Of a DNA stretch of 64,000 bases, positions 50,873-64,000 are shown piece after piece. A model generated the notes under the pieces. It did no database searches, was not told the origin of the DNA, and was given only the letters and a program-made list of their open reading frames with translations. Where the stretch lies: positions 1 through 64,000 of the forward strand of contig CAWGHO010000002.1 in the NCBI GenBank assembly GCA_963822445.1. Direction: 5' to 3'. The position numbers and the translations under genes were made by a program. This stretch comes from an uncultured Acidobacteriota bacterium (GTDB lineage Bacteria > Acidobacteriota > Thermoanaerobaculia > Gp7-AA8). Every line of letters begins with the position of its first letter. The first letter of the stretch is position 1.

Positions 50873-51677
50873 AGCCATCCTCCCTTCTGACGCGCGCAAG
50901 CCGCTCTTCATCGACGAACCGCCATGTGTGCTTCGTTTCCCGTCCCGAATGGACTTCCTGAATGGCGGCGACGATGCCGGGATAGGCGCCGCAGCGGCAG
51001 ATGTTGCCGCTCATGCGCTCGCGGATCTGGCCGTCGGTGAGCTGCGTAGTGGTCGCGTTGACGTCTTCCGTCACGTGACTGATGTCGCCGCGCCGCGCTT
51101 CGTCGAGGAGGGCAACGGCGGAACAGATCTGGCCGGGCGTGCAGTAGCCGCACTGGAAGGCGTCGTACTTGATGAACGCCGCCTGCATCGGATGGAGCTG
51201 ATCGTTCTTCGCCAGTCCTTCGACGGTCGTGACCTCTTTCCCTTCGACCGTGGCGGCGAGGGTGAGACACGACAGCACGCGGCGGCCGTCGACGATGACC
51301 GTGCACGCGCCGCACTGGCCCTGATCGCAGCCTTTCTTGGAGCCGGTGAGCTCCAGCCGTTCGCGCAGAGCGTCGAGCAGCACGACACGCGAGTCGAGCT
51401 CGAGGGTCTTCGCCGCGCCGTTGACCTTGAATGCGACTTTGACGAGGTTCTGGCCGGCGGCTCCGGTCGCGGTAACGGCATCGGACGCAGGAGCGAGTGC
51501 CGCCAGCGCTTCCTGCTGCGCGAGCAGGTCGAGCGCGAAGAGTCCGAGGCTGCCGGCGATGGTGGTACCGAGGAAGGTGCGGCGGGTGTGGCCGCCGATG
51601 TCCACCAGCTCGGGCATTTCGTCGAGCAATGCCTTCTCGTCGTCACTCAATGCGTCGTCATCGAGCTCATCGCTCAT
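50859..51677 (-). CDS. Xanthine dehydrogenase-family 2Fe-2S subunit (PaoA/YagT-like) with twin-arginine motif
   Basis: AGGAGG RBS, TRRTFL, KKGCDQGQCGAC, QCGYCTPG and GNICRC motifs. Confidence 0.92.
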   Translation of the reverse strand: MSDELDDDALSDDEKALLDEMPELVDIGGHTRRTFLGTTIAGSLGLFALDLLAQQEALAALAPASDAVTATGAAGQNLVKVAFKVNGAAKTLELDSRVVLLDALRERLELTGSKKGCDQGQCGACTVIVDGRRVLSCLTLAATVEGKEVTTVEGLAKNDQLHPMQAAFIKYDAFQCGYCTPGQICSAVALLDEARRGDISHVTEDVNATTTQLTDGQIRERMSGNICRCGAYPGIVAAIQEVHSGRETKHTWRFVDEERLARVRREDGYETV

Positions 51678-51909
51678 CGCATCCTCCTGCTCTGCTTCGC
51701 CCAGAAGCGCACTGCGTCCTGAATCCATCCTTCCGCTTTCGTACCGGCACCGACGCCAAACCCGTGCCGATGTCCGGGCCCCATCCTGCCTACACAAGGG
51801 CCAGTTCCACGCGAGGCCGGCGAAACGAACGGCCGAGTCGAGCGGCGGGATGAGTCGCCAGCTCCGTAGTAAGGTAGCGTTGGATCCGGCGAGCGCACAC
51901 GCGTCACTG

Positions 51910-53697
51910 ATGCGACGAACTTCTCCCGTTCTCATCCTTTTCGTTTTTCTGGCCTGTTCCACGCGGGAGCAGGCCGGAAAGCCGCCCATCGTTCTCATCT
52001 CGGTCGACACGCTCCGATCGGACCGGCTTCCAATCTACGGCCATGGCCAGGTGGCCACGCCACACATCGACGCGTTGCGGGGCGATGGCGTTTTGTACGA
52101 ACGGGCCTACAGCCATGCGCCTCTCACGCTGCCGGCCCACGTCTCGATGTTTACCGGCCTGCTGCCGGCCGCCCATGGAGTGCGCAACAACATCGGCTAT
52201 CAGCTCCACGGGACGAAGGTCCGAACGCTCGCCAGTGTGCTGCGCGAGAACGGCTATCGCACCGGGGCGGCGGTGTCGTCCTATGTCCTTCGCGCGGAGA
52301 GCGGGCTGGCCAATGGATTCGACGTCTACGACGACGACATCCCTTACAGCGCCACGGCAGCGACGGCTGAAAATCAACGAGCCGGATCGGAGACGGTGAA
52401 ACGTGCCCAGTCGTTTCTGCAGTCGGCCGGCGCGGCGCCGGCCTTTCTCTTCTTTCACATCTATGAGCCGCACGCTCCGTACACGCCGCCCGAACCGTTC
52501 CGCAGCCGCTACTCCGATCCTTACGACGGAGAGATCGCCGCATCAGACGCCATCGTCGGGGAGTTGATCGCCACGTTGAAGACGGCCGGCCTCTACGACG
52601 AGGCCCTGATCGTCTTCACCTCCGATCATGGCGAGGCCCTCTGGGAGCACGGCGAAGAACAGCACGGGATCCTGCTGTATCGCGAAGTGCTGCAGGTGCC
52701 GATGGTGATCAAGCTCCCGGGATCGGAGCGCGCCGGCTCCACCATCGCGCAACCCTTCGCGCTCAGCGACGTCTTCCACACGGTCCTCGATGCAGCGGGC
52801 ATTGTCCGGCGGAAGGGCGAGGCACCCCGCCCCATCTACGCCGAGACGTTCTATCCGCGCATCCATCTCGGCTGGAGCGAGCTCCGGTCGATGATCGACG
52901 GCCGGTATCACTACATCGAGAGCTCCAATCCCGAGCTGTACGATCTCGAGCGCGATCCGAAGGAGACTACGAATCTCGTCGCCACGGAGCGGCGGATTGC
53001 CGCGGCCATGCGCCGCGAGCTCGCCGCGATTCCCGCCGGGGATGTCGCGCTGGGCGCCATCGATCCGGAGGCGGCGAAGAAGCTCGCTGCGCTCGGTTAC
53101 ATCGGTACGCCGCAAAACCGGAGCGGACCGCTGCCGAATCCGCGCGAAGAGATTCACGTGTTACGCGATTTGAAGGCCGCCTTTCAGCTCGCTGCGCAGA
53201 ATCGCACTGAAGAGGCGATCGCCTCGCTGCGTGCACTGTTGAAAGCCAACCCGAAGCTGACCGACGCATCCACGCGCCTCGGCGAAGTGTTGCTGGCCAG
53301 TGGACGCCCGCGCGAAGCCGTCGAAGTGTACAAGTCCGCCATGGCTAACGCGGAGAGGTTCTCGACCGATCTGGCAATGGCACTGGCCGTGGCGCAGCGC
53401 GCCGCGGGCCAGTACGAGGACGCGCTCGAGACGCTCGATCACGCCGGATCCGCGGAAGGGGCCGACTTCGCGCGGGGAGATCTCTATGCGCGCACGGACC
53501 GGCCCGAAGAGGCGATCGCCGCCTACCGCCGCGACATCGCCCGCCGTCCGCACCACCTTCAGTCCTACGCGAATCTCGCCATCGTCTACACGATCCTCGG
53601 CCGCACGACCGACGCGAACGCGACGCTGGAAGAAATGATGCGAAAGAATCCAGGCAGCGAGTCGCGCGCCGTGGCGGACCGGGTGCGGAACCCGTAG
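51910..53697 (+). CDS. Sulfatase-like hydrolase with C-terminal TPR repeats (lipoprotein)
   Basis: Lipobox FLAC, SVDTLRSD, PLTLPAH.SMFTG, TSDHGE and ELYDL..DP.E motifs; TPR helices. Confidence 0.9.
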   Translation: MRRTSPVLILFVFLACSTREQAGKPPIVLISVDTLRSDRLPIYGHGQVATPHIDALRGDGVLYERAYSHAPLTLPAHVSMFTGLLPAAHGVRNNIGYQLHGTKVRTLASVLRENGYRTGAAVSSYVLRAESGLANGFDVYDDDIPYSATAATAENQRAGSETVKRAQSFLQSAGAAPAFLFFHIYEPHAPYTPPEPFRSRYSDPYDGEIAASDAIVGELIATLKTAGLYDEALIVFTSDHGEALWEHGEEQHGILLYREVLQVPMVIKLPGSERAGSTIAQPFALSDVFHTVLDAAGIVRRKGEAPRPIYAETFYPRIHLGWSELRSMIDGRYHYIESSNPELYDLERDPKETTNLVATERRIAAAMRRELAAIPAGDVALGAIDPEAAKKLAALGYIGTPQNRSGPLPNPREEIHVLRDLKAAFQLAAQNRTEEAIASLRALLKANPKLTDASTRLGEVLLASGRPREAVEVYKSAMANAERFSTDLAMALAVAQRAAGQYEDALETLDHAGSAEGADFARGDLYARTDRPEEAIAAYRRDIARRPHHLQSYANLAIVYTILGRTTDANATLEEMMRKNPGSESRAVADRVRNP

Positions 53698-53741
53698 TTG
53701 GGGGAACGCAAAGTTTGCTTTTCGACGATGCGTCTGCTGGC

Positions 53742-54002
53742 CTAGCCTTCACTCTTCCAAGTGCTAAGTTCGCGTTTCAAGCGCCTTACCACGTTCCAAG
53801 CATCCTGCAGTTCATCTTTGCCATGCCGTACAAGCACAATGAGACAGTCACCTAAGATACTAAACTCGTGGAGCAGACCGAGGAGGATCGCAATCGTCAT
53901 GAATAGACCGAGGAAAGCGGCAATAAAGGGATGATCGCTTGCGGCTCCAATGACTTTCGCGATGTCGAGGGAAAGGAAGTCGCTTTGAATGCCGCGTTCC
54001 AT
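53742..54002 (-). CDS. Small hydrophobic hypothetical protein
   Basis: GGAGGT RBS before MERGIQ; AT-richer than the flanks. Confidence 0.5.
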   Translation of the reverse strand: MERGIQSDFLSLDIAKVIGAASDHPFIAAFLGLFMTIAILLGLLHEFSILGDCLIVLVRHGKDELQDAWNVVRRLKRELSTWKSEG

Positions 54003-54294
54003 CGTTACCTCCCGGTGAAAGCTTTCAAAAGGTTTCCGAAGCTTTCTGTAGGAGACCAATGGAGCAATATGAACCTCGGCTCATGAATTACGAGTGTCAA
54101 GCGTTTGATAGCCAGCCACGCGTTCACATTCAGAACGTCGACTGGCAATCTCTGCGCGACATTAGGTCAACCAGTAGAACGACTTACCCTCGCTCTCGTC
54201 ATTCGTGCAGGACCTTCAGCACATTGAACCTGCTGTCGCGCGACGCGAGACATGTAACGAATTGTTCATTGCTCCGAGGGCCACGCTCGACGGA

Positions 54295-54436
54295 CCAGCT
54301 AGTGCGCAGGCGCTCGAAAGCAATGTCGGCGGGCCGTTTGCCGCGCCCGGCGCTGAAGCGCCTCGTTCGGGGTGAATGGGCCGGCACCCGCTCGCACGTG
54401 GGCCTCGCCGCAGCTCAGGCGATAGACGTTAGACGG
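54295..54436 (-). repeat. attC-like element, inverted and degenerate copy
   Basis: Reverse complement begins CCGTCTAACGTCTATCGCCTGAGCTGCGGCGAGGCC, identical to 54868-54903, and shares GCGGCAAACGGCCCGCCGACA; the GTTRRRY end is decayed. Confidence 0.65.
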
Positions 54437-54593
54437 ACAAACCAACTCCGCTCAGCGCACGGTCTCCATGAAGCTCCGCGTACTAGCGCGTCGCTAAGAT
54501 CTGCGAGCATTCCGATGGGCGGCGGGCGCTTTCGATCCCCAGCCGACAGAATCCGGGGAACGGTCTGGCTCGCCGAATGACCGGCTCATTGGC

Positions 54594-54875
54594 ATGGCTG
54601 AGAGCGAAACTGCCCACAGCGTGCGAATCGCGTTAGAGGCGAGTCGAGCTGAATTTCATCAACTTCTGGATGCAATCGCTTGGGAGGCCTGGTCCCGTCC
54701 CAGCAAGAATCGTAGCTGGACAAACGGTCAACTCTTGTTCCACATCGCTCACGGCTTCTTTCTCGTTGTGCCGCTCATCGTAGTCATGTGTGTCTTCGCC
54801 GCCTTGCCGTCTGGTGCCTGCAAGGTATTCGCAGTTTGCTCGTCGCACCGAACAGTGGGTTGGCGCGCCGTCTAA
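54594..54875 (+). pseudogene. Truncated DinB-like gene in cassette configuration
   Basis: LEASRAEFHQLL...W..PS....WTNGQLLFH DinB-like N-terminus; its TAA lies inside GTCTAAC. Confidence 0.55.
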
Positions 54876-54976
54876 CGTCTATCGCCTGAGCTGCGGCGAG
54901 GCCTCGCGTGCGAGCGGATGCGCGGCGCGGCGGGTGCGGCAAACGGCCCGCCGACAGCGCCTGGCAGTAGTTAGGC
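54870..54976 (+). repeat. attC-like integron cassette recombination site (107 bp)
   Basis: RYYYAAC (GTCTAAC) ... GTTRRRY (GTTAGGC) with imperfect internal dyad GCTGCGGCGAGGCC / GGCCCGCCGACAGC. Confidence 0.7.
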
Positions 54977-54990
54977 GCACCGCACTGGAA

Positions 54991-55923
54991 TTAATCGATC
55001 CGCCAGCAATAGATCGTATCGTCAAACTCGCCAACTTGAGCGTCAGGCACCCAATCTCCCATCGGAAATCGACGTGAAACGACACGGGCACCCGGCCGCA
55101 GCTCACGGCGTAGCCGTTCCCGCAGTGTCATGTTTATGTGGCCCAACAAGTACATCGTCACAACGGTAGCCTCGGACAGGCTCACGTCGAGAATATCGGC
55201 GCGCAGAAATTTCACGAGATGTGAAACATTCGCTTCCTCGGCAGCGCGCTTTCCGGTTTCGACATTTTCAGGATTCAGGTCGACACCTATACCGTGACAG
55301 CCATACAGACAGGCTGCGGCAACCACAATGCGACCATCACCCGACCCAAGATCCATGACGGTGTCGGCACGGTGAACGCCAGCCAGCCCCAACATCGTTT
55401 CGACGACTCTGGTCGGTGTTTCTGCATACGGTGCGTCCAGGCAGAAACCATAACCGGGGAAAGGATGGACGGGCATGTCGAAAGGAGCGTCATCCTTGAC
55501 GATGGCGAGAAGCTCTGGGTGATTCAGTGAGCCGTTTTCGCCGAGAAGGTTTTGCCACTCCTTCTCAACCATGGCGGGCTCAGGGTGATACCAGCAATTG
55601 GGGTGACTGTAGGCTCGTAAACTCAGAATGCGGTCATCTAGAGATGTCTGCGGGTTATTCAGGTGTTCACGAATATGAAACCGTTGAGTGAAGTCGGGGC
55701 CAAAACTAAGACAGAAAAGGACGTATTCGGCCACTGCGCCGGGTGAAGTCAGTCCCCACGACAGCGCTTTCGCTACGCCAACCTGAATCCTTCGACAAAG
55801 GACCGGGTCATCGAGCCCGCCAACTCCTTCGGCCGAGACGCTGCGGCAACGGTGAACCAAAGCGGATACGAAATGATCACTGCATCCGAGACATCGGGTC
55901 CCGTGATAGCGCTCGTCAGTCAC
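54991..55923 (-). CDS. Class I SAM-dependent methyltransferase with an unrelated helical N-terminal domain
   Basis: PYAETP..VV..ML.LA, DLGSGDGRI, ATVVTMYL and LRPGARVVS motifs; lower GC than host genes. Confidence 0.85.
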   Translation of the reverse strand: MTDERYHGTRCLGCSDHFVSALVHRCRSVSAEGVGGLDDPVLCRRIQVGVAKALSWGLTSPGAVAEYVLFCLSFGPDFTQRFHIREHLNNPQTSLDDRILSLRAYSHPNCWYHPEPAMVEKEWQNLLGENGSLNHPELLAIVKDDAPFDMPVHPFPGYGFCLDAPYAETPTRVVETMLGLAGVHRADTVMDLGSGDGRIVVAAACLYGCHGIGVDLNPENVETGKRAAEEANVSHLVKFLRADILDVSLSEATVVTMYLLGHINMTLRERLRRELRPGARVVSRRFPMGDWVPDAQVGEFDDTIYCWRID

Positions 55924-55938
55924 GGGTTCAGTTTATCG

Positions 55939-56003
55939 GCATGCGGGGCCTCGCTGAAGCTTAGGCGATAGGCGTTGGGGCGGGCCTGAAAGCCCGCCCC
56001 AAC
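55939..56003 (-). repeat. attC-like half site fused to a GC hairpin (GTTGGGGCGGGC/GCCCGCCCCAAC; REP family F or terminator)
   Basis: Minus strand reads CCCCAACGCCTATCGCCTAAGCTTCAGCGAGGCCCCGCATGC, homologous to the left half of 54870-54976. Confidence 0.55.
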
Positions 56004-56012
56004 TCGCGAGGT

Positions 56013-60101
<4,089 letters not shown>

Positions 60102-60257
60102 TCAGTTCGTGCAGAAGGCCTACTACATTGAAGCGACACTCACGACCAGCTCGATCGAACCGTTCAGCGCGGCCGGAATCGCGGCCATTCAGCTGAGCGC
60201 GACACCGTGCCCGTAACGCAGGGGGTGGCGTCTCCTGAAGACGCCACCGCGCCGCTG

Positions 60258-61085
60258 TCACCTCAGACGTTGCGCGATCGCCATCGACAGACCCATTCCG
60301 AGCCACCATCCCATCGGAAAACTCATACCCAGGCCGACCAGCGGGACCGGGAACCATCCGAAGAACGGAGCGATGGATACAGCGACGAAGTACGCTGAGA
60401 GCGCAACTGCTCCGTCCCGTGAAAACAACAGCGGCGTGAGAGCGGCGGCGGTGAGCGCGAGACCAGCGATCAACGCAAGGAACGGCGACACAGCGGCGCA
60501 CATCGTGAAGATCTGCTCGACTTCAGGTGTGGGCTGCAGCGGATCGGGCCGCATCCAACCGGCGATTGCGAAAAGAACCGCGCCGAGGATGGCGAACGCT
60601 CTCACGTATCGCGTCAGATTCGATCGCAGCAGGAGAAAGGAGAGGGCGACCGCGAACGCCATGAGCTGCGAGGCGTCGGGCTGCGCCAGCAAAACACTTG
60701 CTGTGACCACCGCGACGACGACTCCGATCGGACGCGAAACACCCATCGCGGCGAGCCCGACGATCAAAGCCGGCAGGACTAAGGCCGCGACGTTGATGTG
60801 CAGAGGACCGACATCGAGCCATCTGTGCACGCCTTCGGTGCCTGCGGCGAACAAGGTTGCGATCAACGCCGCTGCCCCCACGATCACCGCTCCGATCGAC
60901 GCGCTTCGTGGTTCCGCGTAGCGTGCAAGCACGGCGGCGAGACCGCCGCCAACCACCCAGGCCACCACGCTTCGCAACCAGGATGACGGTGCCACGCCCG
61001 CTTCGGCCATGGCCACGCAGCCAGCGGCGATCGCTGTGAGAGACGCCACAGCACAGATCACCATCGACCGTGTGGGGTCACGCAT
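60258..61085 (-). CDS. Short FtsW/RodA-like multi-pass membrane protein
   Basis: GVHRWLDVGPL, LLAQPD and PVPLVGLG blocks resemble SEDS motifs; start MRDPTR after a GAGGAGG RBS. Confidence 0.6.
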   Translation of the reverse strand: MRDPTRSMVICAVASLTAIAAGCVAMAEAGVAPSSWLRSVVAWVVGGGLAAVLARYAEPRSASIGAVIVGAAALIATLFAAGTEGVHRWLDVGPLHINVAALVLPALIVGLAAMGVSRPIGVVVAVVTASVLLAQPDASQLMAFAVALSFLLLRSNLTRYVRAFAILGAVLFAIAGWMRPDPLQPTPEVEQIFTMCAAVSPFLALIAGLALTAAALTPLLFSRDGAVALSAYFVAVSIAPFFGWFPVPLVGLGMSFPMGWWLGMGLSMAIAQRLR

Positions 61086-61149
61086 CAGCCCCTCCTCATC
61101 ACCCAGTTGCAGCGTATCAGGAGAGGAGGAGGCAGGATCTGGAGCGGGC

Positions 61150-61285
61150 GACGAGGAGCGGGGTAGTGGTTGCGCATGGGGGATTGTTGGCTGGCGGTGC
61201 TCGTCGCCAGAGCGCCGATCGAGACGCCGCCGCGCGCCGGCTTGATCTCGGTGAGCTTCAGCCGCGTGAGATCCACCAGCGGGCA
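61150..61285 (-). pseudogene. Decayed fragment of a second XDH FAD-subunit gene
   Basis: LVDLTRLKLTEIKPARGGVSIGALAT versus LVDVTRLQLAEIKPLRGGVSIGALAT in 49883-50872. Confidence 0.75.
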
Positions 61286-61552
61286 CACCCAACGAGGCAA
61301 AGCTGAAGGAAGTGATGGGGTTGCGCGGCAAACGACCCATGGTGTGTTCTCTAGTGCTTCCGGGGTTGACTCGGCGGCCCGTACGTCGAGGTTCCGCTAG
61401 TGGTCAGCGACGGCTTCTCAGGAGCCGTTGTCGTGAGCGGCTGGGTTGCTTCGCGATGGACCGTCTTGGAGTTCGCGCACTGCCGCCACGAGACCACGAT
61501 CGCGAACAGGATAAAGGCGAGCGCAAACGCGTGATGCCGCTTCATGCTGCGC

Positions 61553-61912
61553 CTACCCTGACCGCGGCCAGAGGACGATCGTCCCGCAAACCACTCCGGC
61601 GATGTGAGCGCCCAGCCACCAGGCGAGATCGGCCCAGCGATCACAGATTTCCTTTCTGTAGTTGTCGAGATCGGGCGTCAGGTCATCGATCTCATTCAGC
61701 ACGCCCTCGGCCGTGAGGGCGTAAGCCGCGGCGACCAGATAAAAGAAAGAGGAAGTCAACACCATCCTGGTCTTCGCCTGATCCGCGCCGCCGACGAGTG
61801 AAGTCATGAGATTGGTCACTGCGGATACTTCCAGCGTGAATAGAAGCATCAGCACGCGAGGGGTGAGCAGGCGTGTGTGCAGTTTCGTCACGAGGGCAGG
61901 GACTGTCGTCAT
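61553..61912 (-). CDS. Small three-TM hypothetical protein
   Basis: ATGA overlap with the upstream ORF; three hydrophobic segments. Confidence 0.6.
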   Translation of the reverse strand: MTTVPALVTKLHTRLLTPRVLMLLFTLEVSAVTNLMTSLVGGADQAKTRMVLTSSFFYLVAAAYALTAEGVLNEIDDLTPDLDNYRKEICDRWADLAWWLGAHIAGVVCGTIVLWPRSG

Positions 61913-63198
61913 TCCGTCACCACTGTCTCGCGAAGGAAGGCCTGCACCCGTTCGAGCAGCCTCTCTTTCTCACGCTTGTCGAAGGGTAGTCCAAGGAGAT
62001 TTGCCACTCGTGTGGTGAACTGATCGGGCCGACAGGGCTGTAGGGTTTCAAGGTGATCGCACAGTTGGGGGATCGCCTGTTTGAGCCGGTCGATCCGGCC
62101 GTGCTTTGAGCCGTAAACGAATGTAGCGGCGACGTCGATTGATCGCAATTTCTTGATCATCGAGGCGTAGAACAGCGGAGCAGCCACGTCCTCATAGAAA
62201 AGAAAGTCTGATCGTTTCAGCTTCCGCGCGACCTGCTTCCGATGGCCTTGGCGATCCGGCTTGAACTTCTTGGACAACATGTCCCGGGTGAAGCGGAGAA
62301 TCGTTTCGATATCCTCGAGGGAGGCGCCCTCACCGGTACGCGTCGGGGTTTGTGTGCGGCGTTCGACCTCGTCGGGAGGCCGCAGTTCGCGCGATTTCCG
62401 TTCGTAGTCGTCGATCTCTTCGTTGACGACCTTTGCGAACGTTTGCACCGCCTCGAGACCGTCTCCTTCCGTATCACTGGCGAAGACCGCGTAAACGGCA
62501 CGTGGAAACATGGGAACGCTGTAGATGTTGTTAACGAGCCGATTCAGGTTGGCGACGTCGATCAGCCGCTCATCATCGAACGGCCTCACTTTTTCGAGCT
62601 CGCTGCCCATGAAAATTGCGATGTGCGCCTCGCCGTTGACGATTTCGTCGATGCGAGCCTGGGGATCGGAAACTGTGTAGTGACTGACCACGCCGAACCG
62701 CTCGACCTTATTGTCATGCCATTCATGAGGTGACCCGCGCGGCGGAAAGAACACATCGGGTGTCGAGTGATGAAGAACCACGCGCGAGATGTTGCTCGTG
62801 GTCAGCTCCGCTTCGCGCACAGCGACCATGAAGATGTCTTTTTCCGATGCAGGCGTACTGGGAGGTGGCTCCTGACGGAGTCTGAAAACGAAGATGTCGT
62901 TTCGCGTCGCTACCGCAGGTCCGATGATCTTCAGCGCCTCGGACTCTACATTCTCGGCACAGTGGCCTATGGGCAGGAGCATGATCGACAGGGCGTTAGG
63001 CCGCCGCTCCTTGCGGAAGCGTTGATAAGCGGTAGGGTTGATCCCCGATGTCTCGACGTCGAACTGGCGGTGCTCCAGCTTACCTTTGGTAGAGCGCTGC
63101 CACCGCTCCGCGAGTCGATTGAAGTCCAGGCGATTCTCTGAGAACAGGTTGTTCCACATCTCCGGCGTGTACAGCACCACGTCGGTCAGAGCGCTCAC
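61909..63198 (-). CDS. Hypothetical cytoplasmic protein, 429 aa
   Basis: Long ORF, GGAGG upstream of GTG, no recognised motif. Confidence 0.7.
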   Translation of the reverse strand: MSALTDVVLYTPEMWNNLFSENRLDFNRLAERWQRSTKGKLEHRQFDVETSGINPTAYQRFRKERRPNALSIMLLPIGHCAENVESEALKIIGPAVATRNDIFVFRLRQEPPPSTPASEKDIFMVAVREAELTTSNISRVVLHHSTPDVFFPPRGSPHEWHDNKVERFGVVSHYTVSDPQARIDEIVNGEAHIAIFMGSELEKVRPFDDERLIDVANLNRLVNNIYSVPMFPRAVYAVFASDTEGDGLEAVQTFAKVVNEEIDDYERKSRELRPPDEVERRTQTPTRTGEGASLEDIETILRFTRDMLSKKFKPDRQGHRKQVARKLKRSDFLFYEDVAAPLFYASMIKKLRSIDVAATFVYGSKHGRIDRLKQAIPQLCDHLETLQPCRPDQFTTRVANLLGLPFDKREKERLLERVQAFLRETVVTE

Positions 63199-63551
63199 TG
63201 AATTTGTTCCTCCGAAGGATGGTTTTTGTCTGCTACCCGTCTAGGAGTGACGCGTCCAGTGATTTCCCTACCCTGAGCGGCCGCTAAACCGAAGGACCAA
63301 TCCCTGCAACGCGGTTTCACTCCTCTGGTGCCATGATCAATGCCTCGCGTGTCATCCGCCCGGGTAGGGAACCGCATCTCTCCGTCACTCCTACAGGAGG
63401 GAGGCGTCCATCGATGGGGGAAGTACTCGCTACGTGCGTTCTTTTTCGGAGGACGTCACCGGGAACGACGGATGGAACGACGATGCGCGGCGATCGATCT
63501 TCCGTTCTCTACGGGACAGTTCAAAGGTAACTTGAGTAGAGTGGAGGCTTG

Positions 63552-64000
63552 ATGCAATACCGTCATGTCCGGCTCGTTCCGGTCGCCGTCATCGCCATCG
63601 TTCTCTGCGCCTGTCCCACCGTCGAAAAACCGGTCAACACCGACACGGCGGCAACGGCGACCACCGCCACTTTCGCTACCAACACACCCACCGCCGCATC
63701 CGCGCCGATTCGCATCGGCTACCAGAAGCTCTCCATCTACGCGCCGGTGTTTATCGCGCAGGACAAGGGCTTCTTCCGGGAGCAGGGGTTGACCGTCGAG
63801 CTGTCGCCGTTCACCTCGGCTAATCAGATGATGAATGCGGTCCTCGCCGGACAGCTCGAAGGTACCGGACTGTCGAACGTGCAGGTGGCGTTGTCGGTCG
63901 AGGCGAAGGACCCGGGGAAGGCGCGTTTCATTAACTTCCTGGTCTGGAATCCCGATAGCTACGCCGACTACTTCATCACCCGCAAAGGCAGCGGCATCAA
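63552..64000 (+). CDS. NitT/TauT (SsuA/THI5-like) ABC substrate-binding lipoprotein, runs off window end
   Basis: Manual translation MQYRHVRLVPVAVIAIVLCAC...IRIGYQKLSIYAPVFIAQDKGFFREQGLTVEL..F; GGAGG RBS. Confidence 0.85.
   Translation, partial: MQYRHVRLVPVAVIAIVLCACPTVEKPVNTDTAATATTATFATNTPTAASAPIRIGYQKLSIYAPVFIAQDKGFFREQGLTVELSPFTSANQMMNAVLAGQLEGTGLSNVQVALSVEAKDPGKARFINFLVWNPDSYADYFITRKGSGI

Overview
GC-rich bacterial chromosomal window. The GWxTD protein, Oar-type TonB-dependent receptors, sulfatase-TPR fusion and membrane PP2C suggest Acidobacteriota (inference). Most of it is housekeeping, transport and hydrolase genes, interspersed with at least six kinds of REP-like palindromes. Four things stand out. 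(1) Two minus-strand ORFs (38268-38516 and 37731-38180) are one reading frame broken only by two in-frame UGA codons in the motif S-U-P-G-U-P-G, followed by a SECIS-like hairpin. This is a candidate double-selenocysteine (UxxU) YHS/beta-barrel protein coupled to a YHS-TlpA redoxin. (2) A complete IS110 element (44085-45627) sits inside a REP palindrome. Its left end folds as a bridge RNA whose four guide segments match its own target and donor junctions, and its circle junction rebuilds a TTGACA-17-TATAGC promoter. (3) A 2.3-kb integrase-less islet, bounded by a 68-bp duplication of the macB 3' end, carries a three-core graspetide precursor, an ATP-grasp ligase and a membrane protein with a collagen-like tail. 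(4) Inverted attC-like elements occur without an integrase (54.3-56.0 kb). Also present are kaiC-kaiB divergent from a PAS hybrid kinase, a paoABC-like operon, and several frameshifted genes that may be consensus errors.
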